Notes: generated from the sequence alone by a model not told the origin. A DNA stretch of 53,879 nucleotides, filler included, from Stramenopiles sp. TOSAG23-3 (GCA_900128585.1; 4 parts of 4 records of this genome joined end to end with filler, not necessarily neighbours in it); one strand, 5' to 3'. Positions 12,700 to 25,081 are shown, numbered from the whole stretch's first letter. Numbers and translations: made by a program.

Positions 12700-14460
12700 C
12701 AGAGCATCTTAAAACATACTATATATTTCTGAAATAGTAATTGATTTAAAATGAGAGTCTTAAAACATACTATATAATTTGTTTTTTTAATTTTAGAGAT
12801 ATTTTATCTAAAATTATATCACTCTTCCTATGATACCAGCAATGTGGTTTGTTTTTGGGTACAAAGAAAACACCCTAAGAAACCTCAAAATTCAGTTTAA
12901 AACCTAAAATTCAGTTTATATAAATTATTGGCCTATACACATTCCATACCAAAATATATGCTATGATAAGGGTACAGAAGAGAAAAAGCAATTAACTTAA
13001 TTCTCAGTGGTTTATCAATATTGATCTACTCGCAAAAGTCTCCAAAGAATAACGAAATTTTCAGGGACTTTGATTGGGACTTGGATCGATTCGTTGATTA
13101 CAGATCACCTTTAACAAGAAAAGAGACATTATCAAAATGAGAGTCTTAAAGCATACTATATAATTTTGTTTTTCAGTATTGGGGTTAGACTTATTAAAAC
13201 ATACTATATATAATTTGTTTTTGCAGGTTTATGTATACGACTCTTGAAAGAAATTCATCATTATGATCATCATAATACGTTTTGGGATAGATCCAGGCAT
13301 CTACAAAACAATAATATCCGCNNNNNNNNNNNNNNNNNNNNNNNNNNNNNNNNNNNNNNNNNNNNNNNNNNNNNNNNNNNNNNNNNNNNNNNNNNNNNNN
13401 NNNNNNNNNNNNNNNNNNNNNNNNNNNNNNNNNNNNNNNNNNNNNNNNNNNNNNNNNNNNNNNNNNNNNNNNNNNNNNNNNNNNNNNNNNNNNNNNNNNN
13501 NTTTGAATGATGAATGCCAGAAGTTTTATTCTGGAACAAGGAGGAGTTTGGGTTCTTGAACGGTTTTACCTTCTTTTTTCCTTTCTTTTTTGAGAGTCTT
13601 AAAACATACTATATAATTTGTTTTTTTATAATTTGTTTTTTATAAGCTGGCTTGTTTTTTTTAATAAGCTGGCTGATATGAACAAAACAAATTATAAAAA
13701 CAAATTAATATAGAGTATGTTTTAAGAAGTACACATGATATTCCGGTTTTAAAAACGTTTACGAGGGTCGTAAATAACAATAGAGATCAGTTCGCAGTAC
13801 ATTAATTTGAATTTTAGCAGTACTTAAATAACAGCCAATTTTTCGTTTTTAATGTGAACTCGTCATACTAAAACCGCAATCAATCATAATTGATATAAAA
13901 TGAGAGTCTTAAAGCATACTATTATAATCAAAAGCAAGAAAAATTGACTATTATAAAACAAGATAAAAACATGAAAATTGGCTGTTTTTAAGTAATTAAA
14001 TTTAGCTTCCTCATAATCCTAACTTGATTCTGTAATTTTGTTTCGTTGTTGGTTGTCAATCACCGATATATTTTGTTTTTTTATAAAAACAAGAAAATTG
14101 GCTGTTATTTACTTGCCAGTTGGAATCTTGACCATAAAATTTTTTATAGTAATTAAAATTAAAGAAAAAAAGAAGGTGTCAGTTCAAGAACAATGTCTCC
14201 TTCTATTACGGATCCTCCCCAAGTTCTGGTCGAGATTCCAATTGATTGGTCTTAAAAGTACACAGCGGCATAAATGTTTTATTTTCTTGTTTTTAAAGTT
14301 TTTAGGGTACGACGAAGCTAAATTTAATTAAGATACTTAAATAACAGCCAATTTTCTTGTTTTTAATAACAGCCAATTTTCTTGTTTAAAGTTTTTATTT
14401 AAGTAAAACCGCAATGAAATGAGAGTCTTAAAGCACATACTATATAAAATTTGTTTTAAA
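12700..14460. repeat. Patchwork of short dispersed AT-rich modules (TGAGAGTCTTAAA(A/G)CATACTAT; ATAACAGCCAATTTTCTTGTTT; TATTCTGGAACAAGGAGGAGTTT)
   Basis: Each module occurs several times here; some also occur near 670-985, 7570 and 20110. Confidence 0.75.
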
Positions 14461-14561
14461 AAACACAATGGACCCCTTAAAAGTACATTTTGTAAGCGTA
14501 TATCTGTACCGGCACATGTACTACTCTTATAATTTTCTTACGGTATTGTCCGAATTGCAAC

Positions 14562-16362
14562 TCAAGTCATCCTGTAAGCCAGTGGAGCAAATCCCATACG
14601 GCGCGCATACTTTAGTTTTTCTTCGTCTGTCACTCTATCTTTTAGCCAGACGCCAGAACTTCCTCGGCGCTGATAACGTTTTTTCTTCATATCAAAAATT
14701 TTCTCCAAATCGCAAGAAGTCCTTTCAGCAAATATTTGGTCGGGGTTAATTGGAGCAGGACCCTTCATCCCAAACTGTATTTTCAGTGCACGTTTTAGGG
14801 GTGAACTTCGCGCCCATGGTGCAGGAGGCTTCCGCTTTTTCTTTTTGGAGCTGCTTTCTTCGTCATCACTGGACTCCTCCTCGCTACTTTCACTATTAGA
14901 ATTGTGTTCGGACATCCGGTAACTCTTTGGTTCAGAATTTTGCTTCTCGGCAAAAGCAGGCGCAGGAGCCGGAACCTTTGCAGTTTGAACGTCTGCCTTA
15001 TCTTTTTGTTTGGAGGCATCTTTCAGCTTTTCTCTCAAACGCCGTGCCTCATCTTCCTGTTTCTTTTTTGCTCGCATCTCTAACGTTTCAGTTCGTTTCT
15101 TTTGATCACTAGTGTCTTCCACTTTCACGTCACCACCTGAATTGCCTGTCAGTCCCGGGGATTGGGCTTTTTTAGAATCATTTGGTTTTTTTAGCAGACG
15201 CGGCCACTGAAATGATTGGTGCTTTGGTTTTTATCGCTCCTTCTGAAGTGTCCTCAACTTTTGCTGGAGGAGTCGTCAGTTGCGCCTTCTTCGGATCTTT
15301 GTGGTCCACGGCAGAAGTTTTACTAGCAGGTTCAATTACCTTTTCGTTTTCAGACACGAGGGTACTTTGTGCCGACGTTTCTTTGGCTAGAACAGGCACA
15401 GGGCATTGTTTTGCTTCTACTTTTTTCGCCGCAGCGTCTTTCGTTTTTGTATCATCTGAACTCCCCATCTTTGAAGCGTTGTCAGCTACAGTATTGTTCG
15501 CCTCAACAATCACGCTTTTCACACCTGGCGATGTTGGTACCAGGTTACTAGAATTTTCAACATCCGGTGGCTGATGCGTTTCCGCCTCCTCTTTCACTTG
15601 CGGAAGGGAGTGGTTATTATTGCAATGGGTGATTTGAGGCGACAATTTTGGAGCCGTAATAACACTTTTCTTAAAGGGGGCTTTTTCGGTCAATGCCAAT
15701 GAATTTGCTTCCTTGGCACTACCACTAGCTTCGTCGATGTTTTTACTAGAGGTCGTAGCCACCATTTCTTGCTTCTCTTCGACATTTTTTGCGGAACCCT
15801 CGGTGGTCTCTGCAACCGCAATTTCATGCGCCTCGCCTGGAAAGGCTAAAAATTCAGCCTCTTCATCATGCTCCTGCTTCAAGATTTTTATCAATCTCGC
15901 CACCAGCAAATTTTTTCTTCCCCGAAGGTCTTTCCCTGAACAACCATACGTCTTCAGTTGATCTCGTAATTCTGTAACCTTCAATTTGCTTGCCCGCTCC
16001 TTTGCACTTTTTGCATCAAAATCATTGCCAGAATTGCTTTTTTCATCCAACTGCTTTGCACTGACAACTGATACCGGTGCTATTTTCTCTTTGGAAGGGA
16101 CAACATTGTTCGGTCCCGCTGCAGGCTTATTATTTAAGCCACCAACCACGGAATTAGATACACTTCGAAGTGGATGGCGACATTTTTGCCTTTTTTGAAA
16201 CGGTTTCATTGCATGTGCTAGCCTACGTTTGCCTTCAGTAACCCAGGAGCTTACCCACAGTAAATTTTCTTTTTCCATGGATTGCAATTTACTTTTCTGC
16301 GTTTCTGTCAAAGTTCGCGTCGTGGCGACCCATGTGTCAAGAGTTTGACCTACTCGTTGCAT
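14562..16362 (-). CDS. INCENP: INCENP-like protein (SAP domain plus C-terminal IN-box/Aurora-binding domain); two ORFs joined by a +1 frameshift at an A7 run (15186-15192)
   Basis: C-terminal PAPWARSSPLKRAL..NPDQIF..SCDLEKIF..RYQRRGSSGVW is an IN-box; LKVTELRDQLKTYG..RGRKNLLVARL is a SAP domain; deleting one A gives continuous AKKPNDSKKAQSPG..DVKVEDT. Confidence 0.8.
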
Positions 16363-17534
16363 GGTAAAGTAGTTCCAACTCCTTCGTAAATCTGTATCGC
16401 GCTTTCGAAGACCAGGCGTTTGAACCACAGCAGCAAATCAAATAGATAGTTTACAAAAATGTAAGATATCAACAAAAAAGATATGTGCAGTGTTAAACAT
16501 CTAAATCAGAGAATGTTTAATTGTTGCAAACGATTCGGAACACTGGGGAGAAATAAGGTGTTTCAAAATAGTTGCTCGAGACGACAAACCCTCTTCCGTG
16601 GTGAATTTGTATGTTAAAAAGAGTTGTTCTCAATAATTATTATTTNNNNNNNNNNNNNNNNNNNNNNNNNNNNNNNNNNNNNNAATAATGCTGTGGCTAT
16701 ATTAATAAAATCCATCATCCTACCTCACCACACATCATAGTTGTCCTGGTTTTTCTTCCTTGTTGTACGAAATCACGTACTTTATGTAGATATATAGGGT
16801 ATTGTTGTATTTGTATTAATTTAAGTACATAATATCCGTATAGTAAGAAATGCACGAAACTATTCGGGGAAAATCAAGTTGAAAGAAAGATAAAGGAGAT
16901 TTTATAATATCATCACAGCATAGACAAAAATAGAAACGTTAGAGATTTTACCCTTTTTAGTTATTAACATAAAGATAGCATTTGGTCAATAATCTCTCAC
17001 CCAACCCACCACACTCACTGTTCCTTCCTCTTTTTTGTTGTTCCTTTTGTGTGCTTTTGATGCAAGCATTCATTCTTCTTGTTTTTTAAAAACACAGCAT
17101 TGCATTGTGCGATCGCGATGGGGCTAAAAAACAAGAAACCTCCCCCCAAATTGAAAATACAAATATAATATATATAGGCTTTTTTTTAATATAAGTATAT
17201 GCAATATGTCAAATGAGGAGTGTGTGTCGTGATGATCTCTACAAAACTACGAATCGATGTGTGACTTTCAGAACACGATATAGGCATTACTTGATAAAAA
17301 TAGTCTCTGTCTGTAGAATGTTTGCAAAAGCTAAACCCTGCGTATTTATTTCACAAAACAAGAATTTATTAAATTATGTAGAGCATGCGCCGAGAGACGA
17401 CGCCTTTAGCATATCCATTAATTCGCAAGGGCCGAGAAAATGCTGTACATTTCGTTGTATCAGCAATATCCCGACGAATATGCTACATCGAAATATTTCT
17501 AAAATGACAGGTGGTTTCAGAAATTATACTATTT

Positions 17535-17942
17535 CTATTGCAAAACCATATTGTGGCTCTTCTTCCACATGTCTGAAAGCTTCCGTTGCATTCGCCTTTC
17601 GGATATGGTAAATTTTGCCCGCTGGGACGACAGCTTCGTATCAAACCATTTGCTGTGGCATAATTCGATTTCATCTATAAATGTTTTGTCTAGAAAAACG
17701 TTCGGCAGCGACAACACGCTCACGTCGCTCAATTCACTTTCATCCAATTTCTTTAACGGACAACTCTCTCTAGTGAACATCTTCAAAACATGTTCGTCAT
17801 TTACATCTACACCGTTTTCAAATTCACACGAAAAAGGCTTAACTTCGAAAATAACATTTGAGCTGTTGGTAGGAGCTATTCTATGTACAATCGGGGACTC
17901 GTAGGTTTCTCCCACTGCCGATTCGCTACCGACCAAGCTCAT
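17535..17942 (-). CDS. Hypothetical protein (probable start MSLVGSES); 3' structure uncertain
   Basis: ORF with protein-like composition; no recognisable motif. Confidence 0.4.
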   Translation of the reverse strand: MSLVGSESAVGETYESPIVHRIAPTNSSNVIFEVKPFSCEFENGVDVNDEHVLKMFTRESCPLKKLDESELSDVSVLSLPNVFLDKTFIDEIELCHSKWFDTKLSSQRAKFTISERRMQRKLSDMWKKSHNMVLQ

Positions 17943-18739
17943 CGTTATACTCTCGCAAACGTTTTCCAATATAATCAACGAAGCATAAACATAGGCCACA
18001 AGGTAATACAGACCAAACAATTTAATTAAAATATGAAACGGTATTACGTTATTGAAATGTTTCAAAATAACTTGTACAGAACACTTGTTTATGAAAACTC
18101 GAGTATTATACCCGAAATAGTTTTGGCATTGCCTGTAATATTAAATTCGGCGCGGGCGGGGCGCGGGTGGGGGGGTGTGATGATTAGATTAGAGAAGAGG
18201 AGAGTTTATAATCATCATAAGCATGAGATTTATTATACTATAAATAATAGAATACTAATCATTTGTATTTATATATATGTAATATTACTATATAAATTAT
18301 ATCGACTTCAAAATAAAAACGGTCATCGTGTCATAAATTATAGCCGCTTCATTTTGTATTTGATTTTGAATTGCGGCAATTGTATTGCCATGTAATTAGC
18401 AGTATATACTATCTGTAGTATTATAAATTAACGCACGAAGAAGAAGCAGCAACAAAAATGAACAACTGAGGCGTGCGAAGTGAAATTAGGTGCAACAGGA
18501 AGTATTATACCGCCGCACCGCGTGCACAAATACAATATCATCGCCAGCAGAGGAATTCGCTCGTCGCTTAATAACAATATTAAAAGAAAAACGGACTACA
18601 TCAAAGTTTGTCCCGGACCGGTAAAAAGTAGACAATCCGATCGAGGTTCGTCACCAAGAAAATTTGTTAGGGCACAGTAATCCTGATACCCACAATACTT
18701 TGCAAATAAACTGTGCGCCGTATATATACTCCTCGTACT

Positions 18740-19774
18740 ATGGCGACCGAACACCTTGGCGAAAGAGTCGCTGTTTTGGGTAGCGGCAATACAGGTACAA
18801 TGTTTGCGTGGTTAGCTGCCCGGAAGATAAGAGACCTGCCCCATTACCAGCATAAAATTAAATGGTGGGTTTTTGAAGAAGTCATAGACGGTGAAAAACT
18901 CTCCGATTTAATTAATTCCAACCATGAAAATGTAAAGTATTTGCCAGGAAAAATCTTGCCCAAGTTAGTCGAAGCGGTCACCAACTTAGAGGTTGCTATT
19001 GCCGGCGCAACGGTTGTAATATTTGCGATCCCGCCACAGTTCATTCGACGCTTGCTACCCACGATAAAAAATAAACTGCACCCCCAGGTCAAGATCTTGA
19101 ACGTCATGGAAGGTGTAAGTTTCGACCAAGGGGCTTTCACTCCTTACTCCAGCATTTTTCGATCCGAGGGGCAAATCCAAGCAAGCGTGCTAGGGGGAGC
19201 GTTCCAAGTGCAAAATTTGGAAGCAGGCGAGCACTGCGAAGGCACTATTGGTTGCGAAAAGTTAGAGACCGGGTTGGTGTTTAAAGAGCTACTGGAATCA
19301 CCAGAATTCCGGATTAATGTCGTGGAAGATGTCGTCGGAGTCGAGATGTGTGGCATTCTTAACACGGCAGTCGCGATCGGTGCAGGTGTTGTTGACTCCT
19401 TGGACACTTCGCAGGTGTCAAAATCTCTATATCTTAGAAAAGCATTCAAAGAAATTGAACAATTGTGCCAACGCTTCTTTCCCTCTATCAAGGCCTCGAC
19501 ATTGCTCGAAAGCTGTGGTATTGGGGACTTAATTTCTAAAGCTTACGGGGGCAGAAACCGTCGGTGCGGGGAGGTATTTGCTAGGACGGGAAAGAAATGG
19601 CAAGAAATTGAAAAAGAACTGTTATCGGGTCAAGTTCTACAAGGATCAAAGATTGTGAAGCAACTTCGTGATTTTTTGGATAAAAATGAGGCTACTAAAG
19701 ATTTTCCGTGCCTTTCCAAAATATCGAAAGTGTCTTTTGAGGGGGAGAACCCGATGGTTTTGATATCCAGCTAA
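18740..19774 (+). CDS. GPD1: NAD-dependent glycerol-3-phosphate dehydrogenase homologue (divergent active site)
   Basis: VAVLGSGN Rossmann motif, WVFEE..INSNHENVKYLPG, ESCGIGDL..YGGRNRR, LSGQVLQG. Confidence 0.9.
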   Translation: MATEHLGERVAVLGSGNTGTMFAWLAARKIRDLPHYQHKIKWWVFEEVIDGEKLSDLINSNHENVKYLPGKILPKLVEAVTNLEVAIAGATVVIFAIPPQFIRRLLPTIKNKLHPQVKILNVMEGVSFDQGAFTPYSSIFRSEGQIQASVLGGAFQVQNLEAGEHCEGTIGCEKLETGLVFKELLESPEFRINVVEDVVGVEMCGILNTAVAIGAGVVDSLDTSQVSKSLYLRKAFKEIEQLCQRFFPSIKASTLLESCGIGDLISKAYGGRNRRCGEVFARTGKKWQEIEKELLSGQVLQGSKIVKQLRDFLDKNEATKDFPCLSKISKVSFEGENPMVLISS

Positions 19775-20310
19775 AATTGAAACTAAAAGCTTCAAATAGA
19801 GGAAGAACTTTAACATGCGTTTAGACCAATAATTTTCGTTTTTACAAGTTATGGTAAATAAGAGTTCGTACTTTTTAGAACAAAAAATTGGCTGTATTAT
19901 ATAATTTAAAGAAACAAAATACTGGTGGTTATTTTTGCATGTATGGTATTAAAAAAGAAAAAGAAGGTGTCAGTTCAAGAACAATATCTCCTCCTATTTG
20001 CAGATCCTCCCCAAATTTTGGTCAATTGGCAAGTAAACAGCGGCATAAATGTTTTTGAGGGGCTCAGTTTGATCGTTTCCTGTTCGTATTACACATACAG
20101 ATGTAAGAGTTTAAGTAACAGCCAATTTTCTTGTTTTAGAGTTTAAGTACTTCAAATTTATTTATCTTCCTCAGAGTTCGTATCATACTAATAGTTCGGT
20201 ACTGATAACTTTAAAATTTAAAAAACGAAAAATATTAAAAATGCGACATGTGATAATTTTCCAGAACCAATTTTGGTCCCGCCAGTGGCAGCACCGGCAG
20301 GTCGTTAATG

Positions 20311-23300
20311 TTACCACAACCTGGTACTACGCGTAGTACTTCCTCTGCTTGAAATTACCGTATCATCTTTTGATTGGTCAGTCTCGTATACCACCTTCCC
20401 ACTGTGTCCTCCATGATTCCCATACTTTTCAAACCTCCGCTGTTCTGCGGTTCTCATGGGCTTTGACAGACCGTCAATGACAAGAGGCCTCCCCCATGGG
20501 TCAACTCTAGGGGGGGGGCTATCGCTGGTGCGAGTAACCGTTGGCGATTGCGTCAGCCCGTTTGGCTTCGGAGGTTTTACACCGGACGATTCGTGCAACT
20601 TTGTCATCAGGGTCCTATCACCAACGCCTTGCCAAGAGTCGAAAGTCTCGGCATTTCTTTCGTTGTCAAAGGAAGACTTGTACGAGTCCAGGGCATCAAA
20701 GAACGCACCGTACCTCACACCTTCGCTTTTCATTTCAGTGATTTTCCTTAAAACCCAGCTGCTCTCTACACTCCGAAACATATGGGCGCACGAGTGCTTA
20801 ATGGCGTGGGCAAATTGGTCGACAGTGACAGTACCACTTTGGTTCCTATCTAAAGCTTCCATGCGCTTCTGCAAGTCTCCCCGACAGGAAGACACTACAT
20901 CTCCCATTTTCCTCATCATTTTTACATCAAATTGTGTTTTTGGAACCCACGACGAATCTAGCGTGTCGCCAATGCCTGTTGACCTGCCATCGTTCGTCCT
21001 CCCACAATGATCGTAGTGATCCAACATCCCAGACCTATTGTGATCTTTCATTGCTTCGAAGTCATGAAAAATGCGCCGCCCTGTCTCATTTATTGAATTA
21101 TGTTGATCGGAATAACCAATATTGAGCGAACCGTTGTACACCCCAATTTGACTCGAGAGATGAGGTCGCTGCTTCACCTCGTTGGACTCATGTCTACACA
21201 AATTATAGAAATCATAAAGGTTTACTTTTCCAGAGCTTTTGGCGCCTAACTTTACCAACAGAAAATCTATGTATTCGTCGTCGCAACGTACCGTGCGTTT
21301 GATCGTCTCGTCAAAGTCTCCGAGAAGGATGGAGCCGTCGCCGTCGATATCTTTGGTCAGCAGCCGGTTGTACAGCATTTTTAGCGAGCGATGAAAATCG
21401 TTTTCCAATGATGCAATTTTGTGTACAAACTTCTGCATGATTGTTTTCCCTCTGCGCTGATCTTTTGTTAAAAACCCACTATTCAAATAATCGTAAGAAG
21501 CTTGGTTCCCACTTTTTTGGTACACGGTCTGTTTGTTCCTGCGTAGAAACTCGGCATCTTCGGCATCTGTCTGCGGCAACATACCAAGGCCGAGGCTGGA
21601 GTCATGGGCCCTGGTTGGCATGTCGAACTGTTGCACAAAACTTTGGTAGAATACTTTATTGTTGACTCTGTTCTCCCCCAACAAGGTCTGGATGATTTTT
21701 GTTTCTTCCCCATTCAGCTGAACACCGATTTGAAATAGACCGTCAATAAGAGATTCGATCGAAATCTGACCGCTGTTTTCGGAATCAAACCTGCGGTATA
21801 TCGCAATAATTCTATGCATCTTCCCCCTGATTGCATCCCGCAGCTTACAAATCATGTCTTCCCGTAACCTTTGATATTCCATGTCGGCGTATGAATCCTT
21901 TATTTCAGGGTCCGTCTTTGACAGCACGTCTGTGAGCATGTAATAGTCTATTTGACCTTTTCCACTGGCATCGAAGTGACGACTTAACTCCTTCATTTCG
22001 TCCTTCGTCAGGACGATTCCTAGGGACGTCTTCAGGGTGCGCACAAAATCTTCGTAACTCAACGACCCATCTCGGTCAAGGTCCGCCTGGCGAAGAGCTG
22101 CTTTCAACCTCGTGGAAGAACCCCGTTTTCCGTCGCGCAGTTTTTCTTGCAGCATTTCCAACGAACCAAGCGAGTCCCTGTCTTCGTACGAAACGTTCCC
22201 AGACAACGCTTTTGACATTTGACTTTTCAGCAAGGGGGACATACTGGATTGTTGCTGTCGTAAACCTGCGGACGCCCACGGAAGGGACGAATAAGCGGTC
22301 TTCCCGAGCTCACCGTCCATGTCTCCTGCGTTCGAAGGAACGGGCTTAGTCCCCACATGCACAGCTTCTGCGTGTATGCGACCAGACTTAAAATCCGCCG
22401 AGTTTGGTTTCTTCACTTCCAATGCACTGAGCGCATCCGCGTAGGCAATTAACCCAGTGCCATCTGGGTCCAACCTTGCGATTAGGTGGTCTATGTCAGT
22501 CGTCCCTAAATACCGAAGGGCTGCCCGAAACTCGTTTATCTGCAATTGGCCGTCGTAGTTCACATCAAACGATCGAAACACCCGTGTTAAGTTTCGCTCA
22601 TCGGCGGCTCGCCCAGTAATGTTCCATTCGTTCAGTTTTGGGACGAAGGAGCTTCCTGCTTTGTTCTTGAGCCTATACGCCATGACAGGGTCGGCAGTGC
22701 CACTGTCCAGAGGAAGCAGGCCGCTCATAGGTCTTATCGGAACCGCCTTACCTTCACGATCTCGGAACTCATTCGCTCCCGAGTCGTCCCACGCGCCTTC
22801 ACGCACTCGCTTCCATACCGCATTTTGCGTTTTCTCTTGCATCCGCTCCTTGTATATGTTGTCATTTAATTCTCGCTGGGACAAGTCTGCATCACGGTTC
22901 CAGTCGCCGCCTCTCATTTTTTGGGCTGCAACGTATGCTGGGCTTCCTTCCCGTCGTCGCAGCTCTTTGCTGCCATCTCGTGCCTGGCCGAGGCTCTGCA
23001 AGCTTGACATAGATTGATTTCCCCCTGGAAAGTTCTGCGCCGATTGGCTCCTGTAGGCATTCCTCCCTGGTGCGTGAGCAGGACTAGTGCGTTGTTGCGG
23101 CGGCGGCGGCGCCCTCCCCTGGCCGAAGCTTGCAGCAGTTGGCGCGTTGTGTTGGGGAGGACGAAGCGGCAACGGAGTGCTATAGGGGGAGGCTGGCACT
23201 GGGGCGGCCGGAGATGTGCCACCGCGCATAGAATTTCGATCTCCATACGCTCCGCTTGTACCCGAGGCAGAAGAACGTTGCCGTCCTCTGTGACCCGTTT

Positions 23301-23406
23301 CTTGGGCGCCCGCAGCGGTCGGCATTTTCCAGGAACCCAGGGACTGCCCATAGTGACTTACAGGTGCGTCGTTCATTTTCACAATATTTCCTTCTTTAAC
23401 AAACAA
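20311..23406 (-). CDS. Multi-EF-hand calcium-binding protein (~1030 aa) with Pro/Ser-rich N-terminus
   Basis: EF loops DVNYDGQLQINE, DPDGTGLI, DLDRDGSLSYED, DASGKGQID, DSENSGQIS, DIDGDGSI, DRNQSGTVT. Confidence 0.85.
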   Translation of the reverse strand: MFVKEGNIVKMNDAPVSHYGQSLGSWKMPTAAGAQETGHRGRQRSSASGTSGAYGDRNSMRGGTSPAAPVPASPYSTPLPLRPPQHNAPTAASFGQGRAPPPPQQRTSPAHAPGRNAYRSQSAQNFPGGNQSMSSLQSLGQARDGSKELRRREGSPAYVAAQKMRGGDWNRDADLSQRELNDNIYKERMQEKTQNAVWKRVREGAWDDSGANEFRDREGKAVPIRPMSGLLPLDSGTADPVMAYRLKNKAGSSFVPKLNEWNITGRAADERNLTRVFRSFDVNYDGQLQINEFRAALRYLGTTDIDHLIARLDPDGTGLIAYADALSALEVKKPNSADFKSGRIHAEAVHVGTKPVPSNAGDMDGELGKTAYSSLPWASAGLRQQQSSMSPLLKSQMSKALSGNVSYEDRDSLGSLEMLQEKLRDGKRGSSTRLKAALRQADLDRDGSLSYEDFVRTLKTSLGIVLTKDEMKELSRHFDASGKGQIDYYMLTDVLSKTDPEIKDSYADMEYQRLREDMICKLRDAIRGKMHRIIAIYRRFDSENSGQISIESLIDGLFQIGVQLNGEETKIIQTLLGENRVNNKVFYQSFVQQFDMPTRAHDSSLGLGMLPQTDAEDAEFLRRNKQTVYQKSGNQASYDYLNSGFLTKDQRRGKTIMQKFVHKIASLENDFHRSLKMLYNRLLTKDIDGDGSILLGDFDETIKRTVRCDDEYIDFLLVKLGAKSSGKVNLYDFYNLCRHESNEVKQRPHLSSQIGVYNGSLNIGYSDQHNSINETGRRIFHDFEAMKDHNRSGMLDHYDHCGRTNDGRSTGIGDTLDSSWVPKTQFDVKMMRKMGDVVSSCRGDLQKRMEALDRNQSGTVTVDQFAHAIKHSCAHMFRSVESSWVLRKITEMKSEGVRYGAFFDALDSYKSSFDNERNAETFDSWQGVGDRTLMTKLHESSGVKPPKPNGLTQSPTVTRTSDSPPPRVDPWGRPLVIDGLSKPMRTAEQRRFEKYGNHGGHSGKVVYETDQSKDDTVISSRGSTTRSTRLW

Positions 23407-24622
23407 ACGGGCACAGCTTAACTTCTAAATATTATGTGTAGTCCAATAAATTTCACGGGTGCACTCTTTTTCGTATCTGACGGTGGTTTCTCGCTCGTCT
23501 CCTAAACAAACGAACTATACGAATAGATATTTGCATGCGCATGATGAATGCAAATCATTATTATATATTATACCCCCGCCCCCGCCCCCGCCCCGCGTAG
23601 TAAGTAGTACCGGTAGTAGTAAAATAATTATTATTCTAGTGACATTATCATCCTTCTAATTATTTCAGTGCCTTTTACTATATATTATAGCTATAATACT
23701 AAAAAAAAATATATAAGTTGTGTTGTATAGGTATGCATTTCATATTATAAGTCAATATATAAGTACTATATAAAATCCCAAAATATTTTTTTATCCGTTT
23801 TTTGTTTAGGAACGATGTTGTATGGCTATGTAACCTATAATTTTAAATACGAGGGAGTATAGTATTTGTAGTGGATATAAATATAACCATCACCTATATA
23901 TAAATAATATAGAATAAGAAATAAGAAAGCAAGCATTTGGAAAAAGATGGAAAAAAATGAGTTAGAGAAGAGATTTAGTTTTTCATAATCATTCATCAGA
24001 GTTGATGTGATGATGATGGTACACAATTTAAATAGTTATAATACATTATATTAATTATTTTTATTATTCACCCTTCTGTCGTCGTAAGTCCTCGTAATCT
24101 AATAATGAAGAAGAAGAAAGAAGAAGATCAAATAGAAAAAGAAGAAGATCAAATAGAAAAAAAGGAAAAGGAAAGGAAAGAGGAAGGAGGACAGGACAGA
24201 CAATAGTCGTCGTCTATTAGCCAAGTATAAGTGGCCAAAAATGGTCGGTCGGTTCGTATATTTAAATCGACCGACGAATGTACATTGTTTCTACCTATTG
24301 ATTGGATTCTTCCTATTTGAGTGGACCTAATTCTCGCAGTTGGTATATTATATACTGTAGGTATATTGTGTATTACGTAATTTAAATTATACCATAATGT
24401 GAATACGAGTGCTCGTAATAATCATTGATAGTTAAAAAGTGTGTAGTATTAGTTAATACCATATAGTAGTAAATATAGAGTATACGTTATTATCATAGTT
24501 AAATTAACTATATTTTTTAAATCTTCTTTTTCTCCTTCTTCTTCTTCGGACAGGTTAGATTTTAATGTACACCAGACGAAAGACAACTACGGTATATCAT
24601 CTCCATCCATATTATTAAATAG

Positions 24623-24754
24623 AAAGAAGAAGAAGAAGAAGAAGAAAAGAGAGAAGAAGAAAAGAGAGAAGAAGAAAAGAGAGAAGAAGAAGAAGAAGAA
24701 GAAGAAGAAGAAGAAGAAGAAGAAGAAGAAGAAGAAGAAGAAGAAGAAGAAGAA
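24623..24754. repeat. (GAA)n microsatellite at the contig end
   Basis: Read directly. Confidence 0.95.
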
Positions 24755-24854
24755 NNNNNNNNNNNNNNNNNNNNNNNNNNNNNNNNNNNNNNNNNNNNTT
24801 AATTAATTAANNNNNNNNNNNNNNNNNNNNNNNNNNNNNNNNNNNNNNNNNNNN
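24755..24854. other. Artificial contig spacer N44-TTAATTAATTAA-N44 (also 49609-49708 and 51745-51844)
   Basis: Identical 100-nt structure three times; the linker puts stops in all six frames. Confidence 0.95.
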
Positions 24855-25081
24855 TACAATGGACTTTTTTTCAAAAAAAAATCGGTACTTTAGCGACCTT
24901 TACAAGTACAAAATGTTTTTTGATAGGTATTTTTCACAATGGGACACAGGGAAAGAAACAAAAAATGACCTACACACCATCTATAATAGACGCCTGCTAA
25001 AAATTAGTGGGTCCGTATCAGTAAAACCACCTTAGTGTACAATAGCATTAAATGACCATTAGGGTTTGGGTTATGGTAAAA

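Noticed and set aside
19115-19120. GTAAGT donor-like site within GPD1
   Set aside because: The frame is continuous and collinear with GPD1 through this region
24799-24810. TTAATTAATTAA as a biological motif, TSD or att site
   Set aside because: Centred in exactly 44+44 Ns three times; an assembly linker
25059-25077. Telomere-like TTAGGGTTTGGGTTATGG (similar at 44908-44973)
   Set aside because: Only 2-3 degenerate units; not distinguishable from chance
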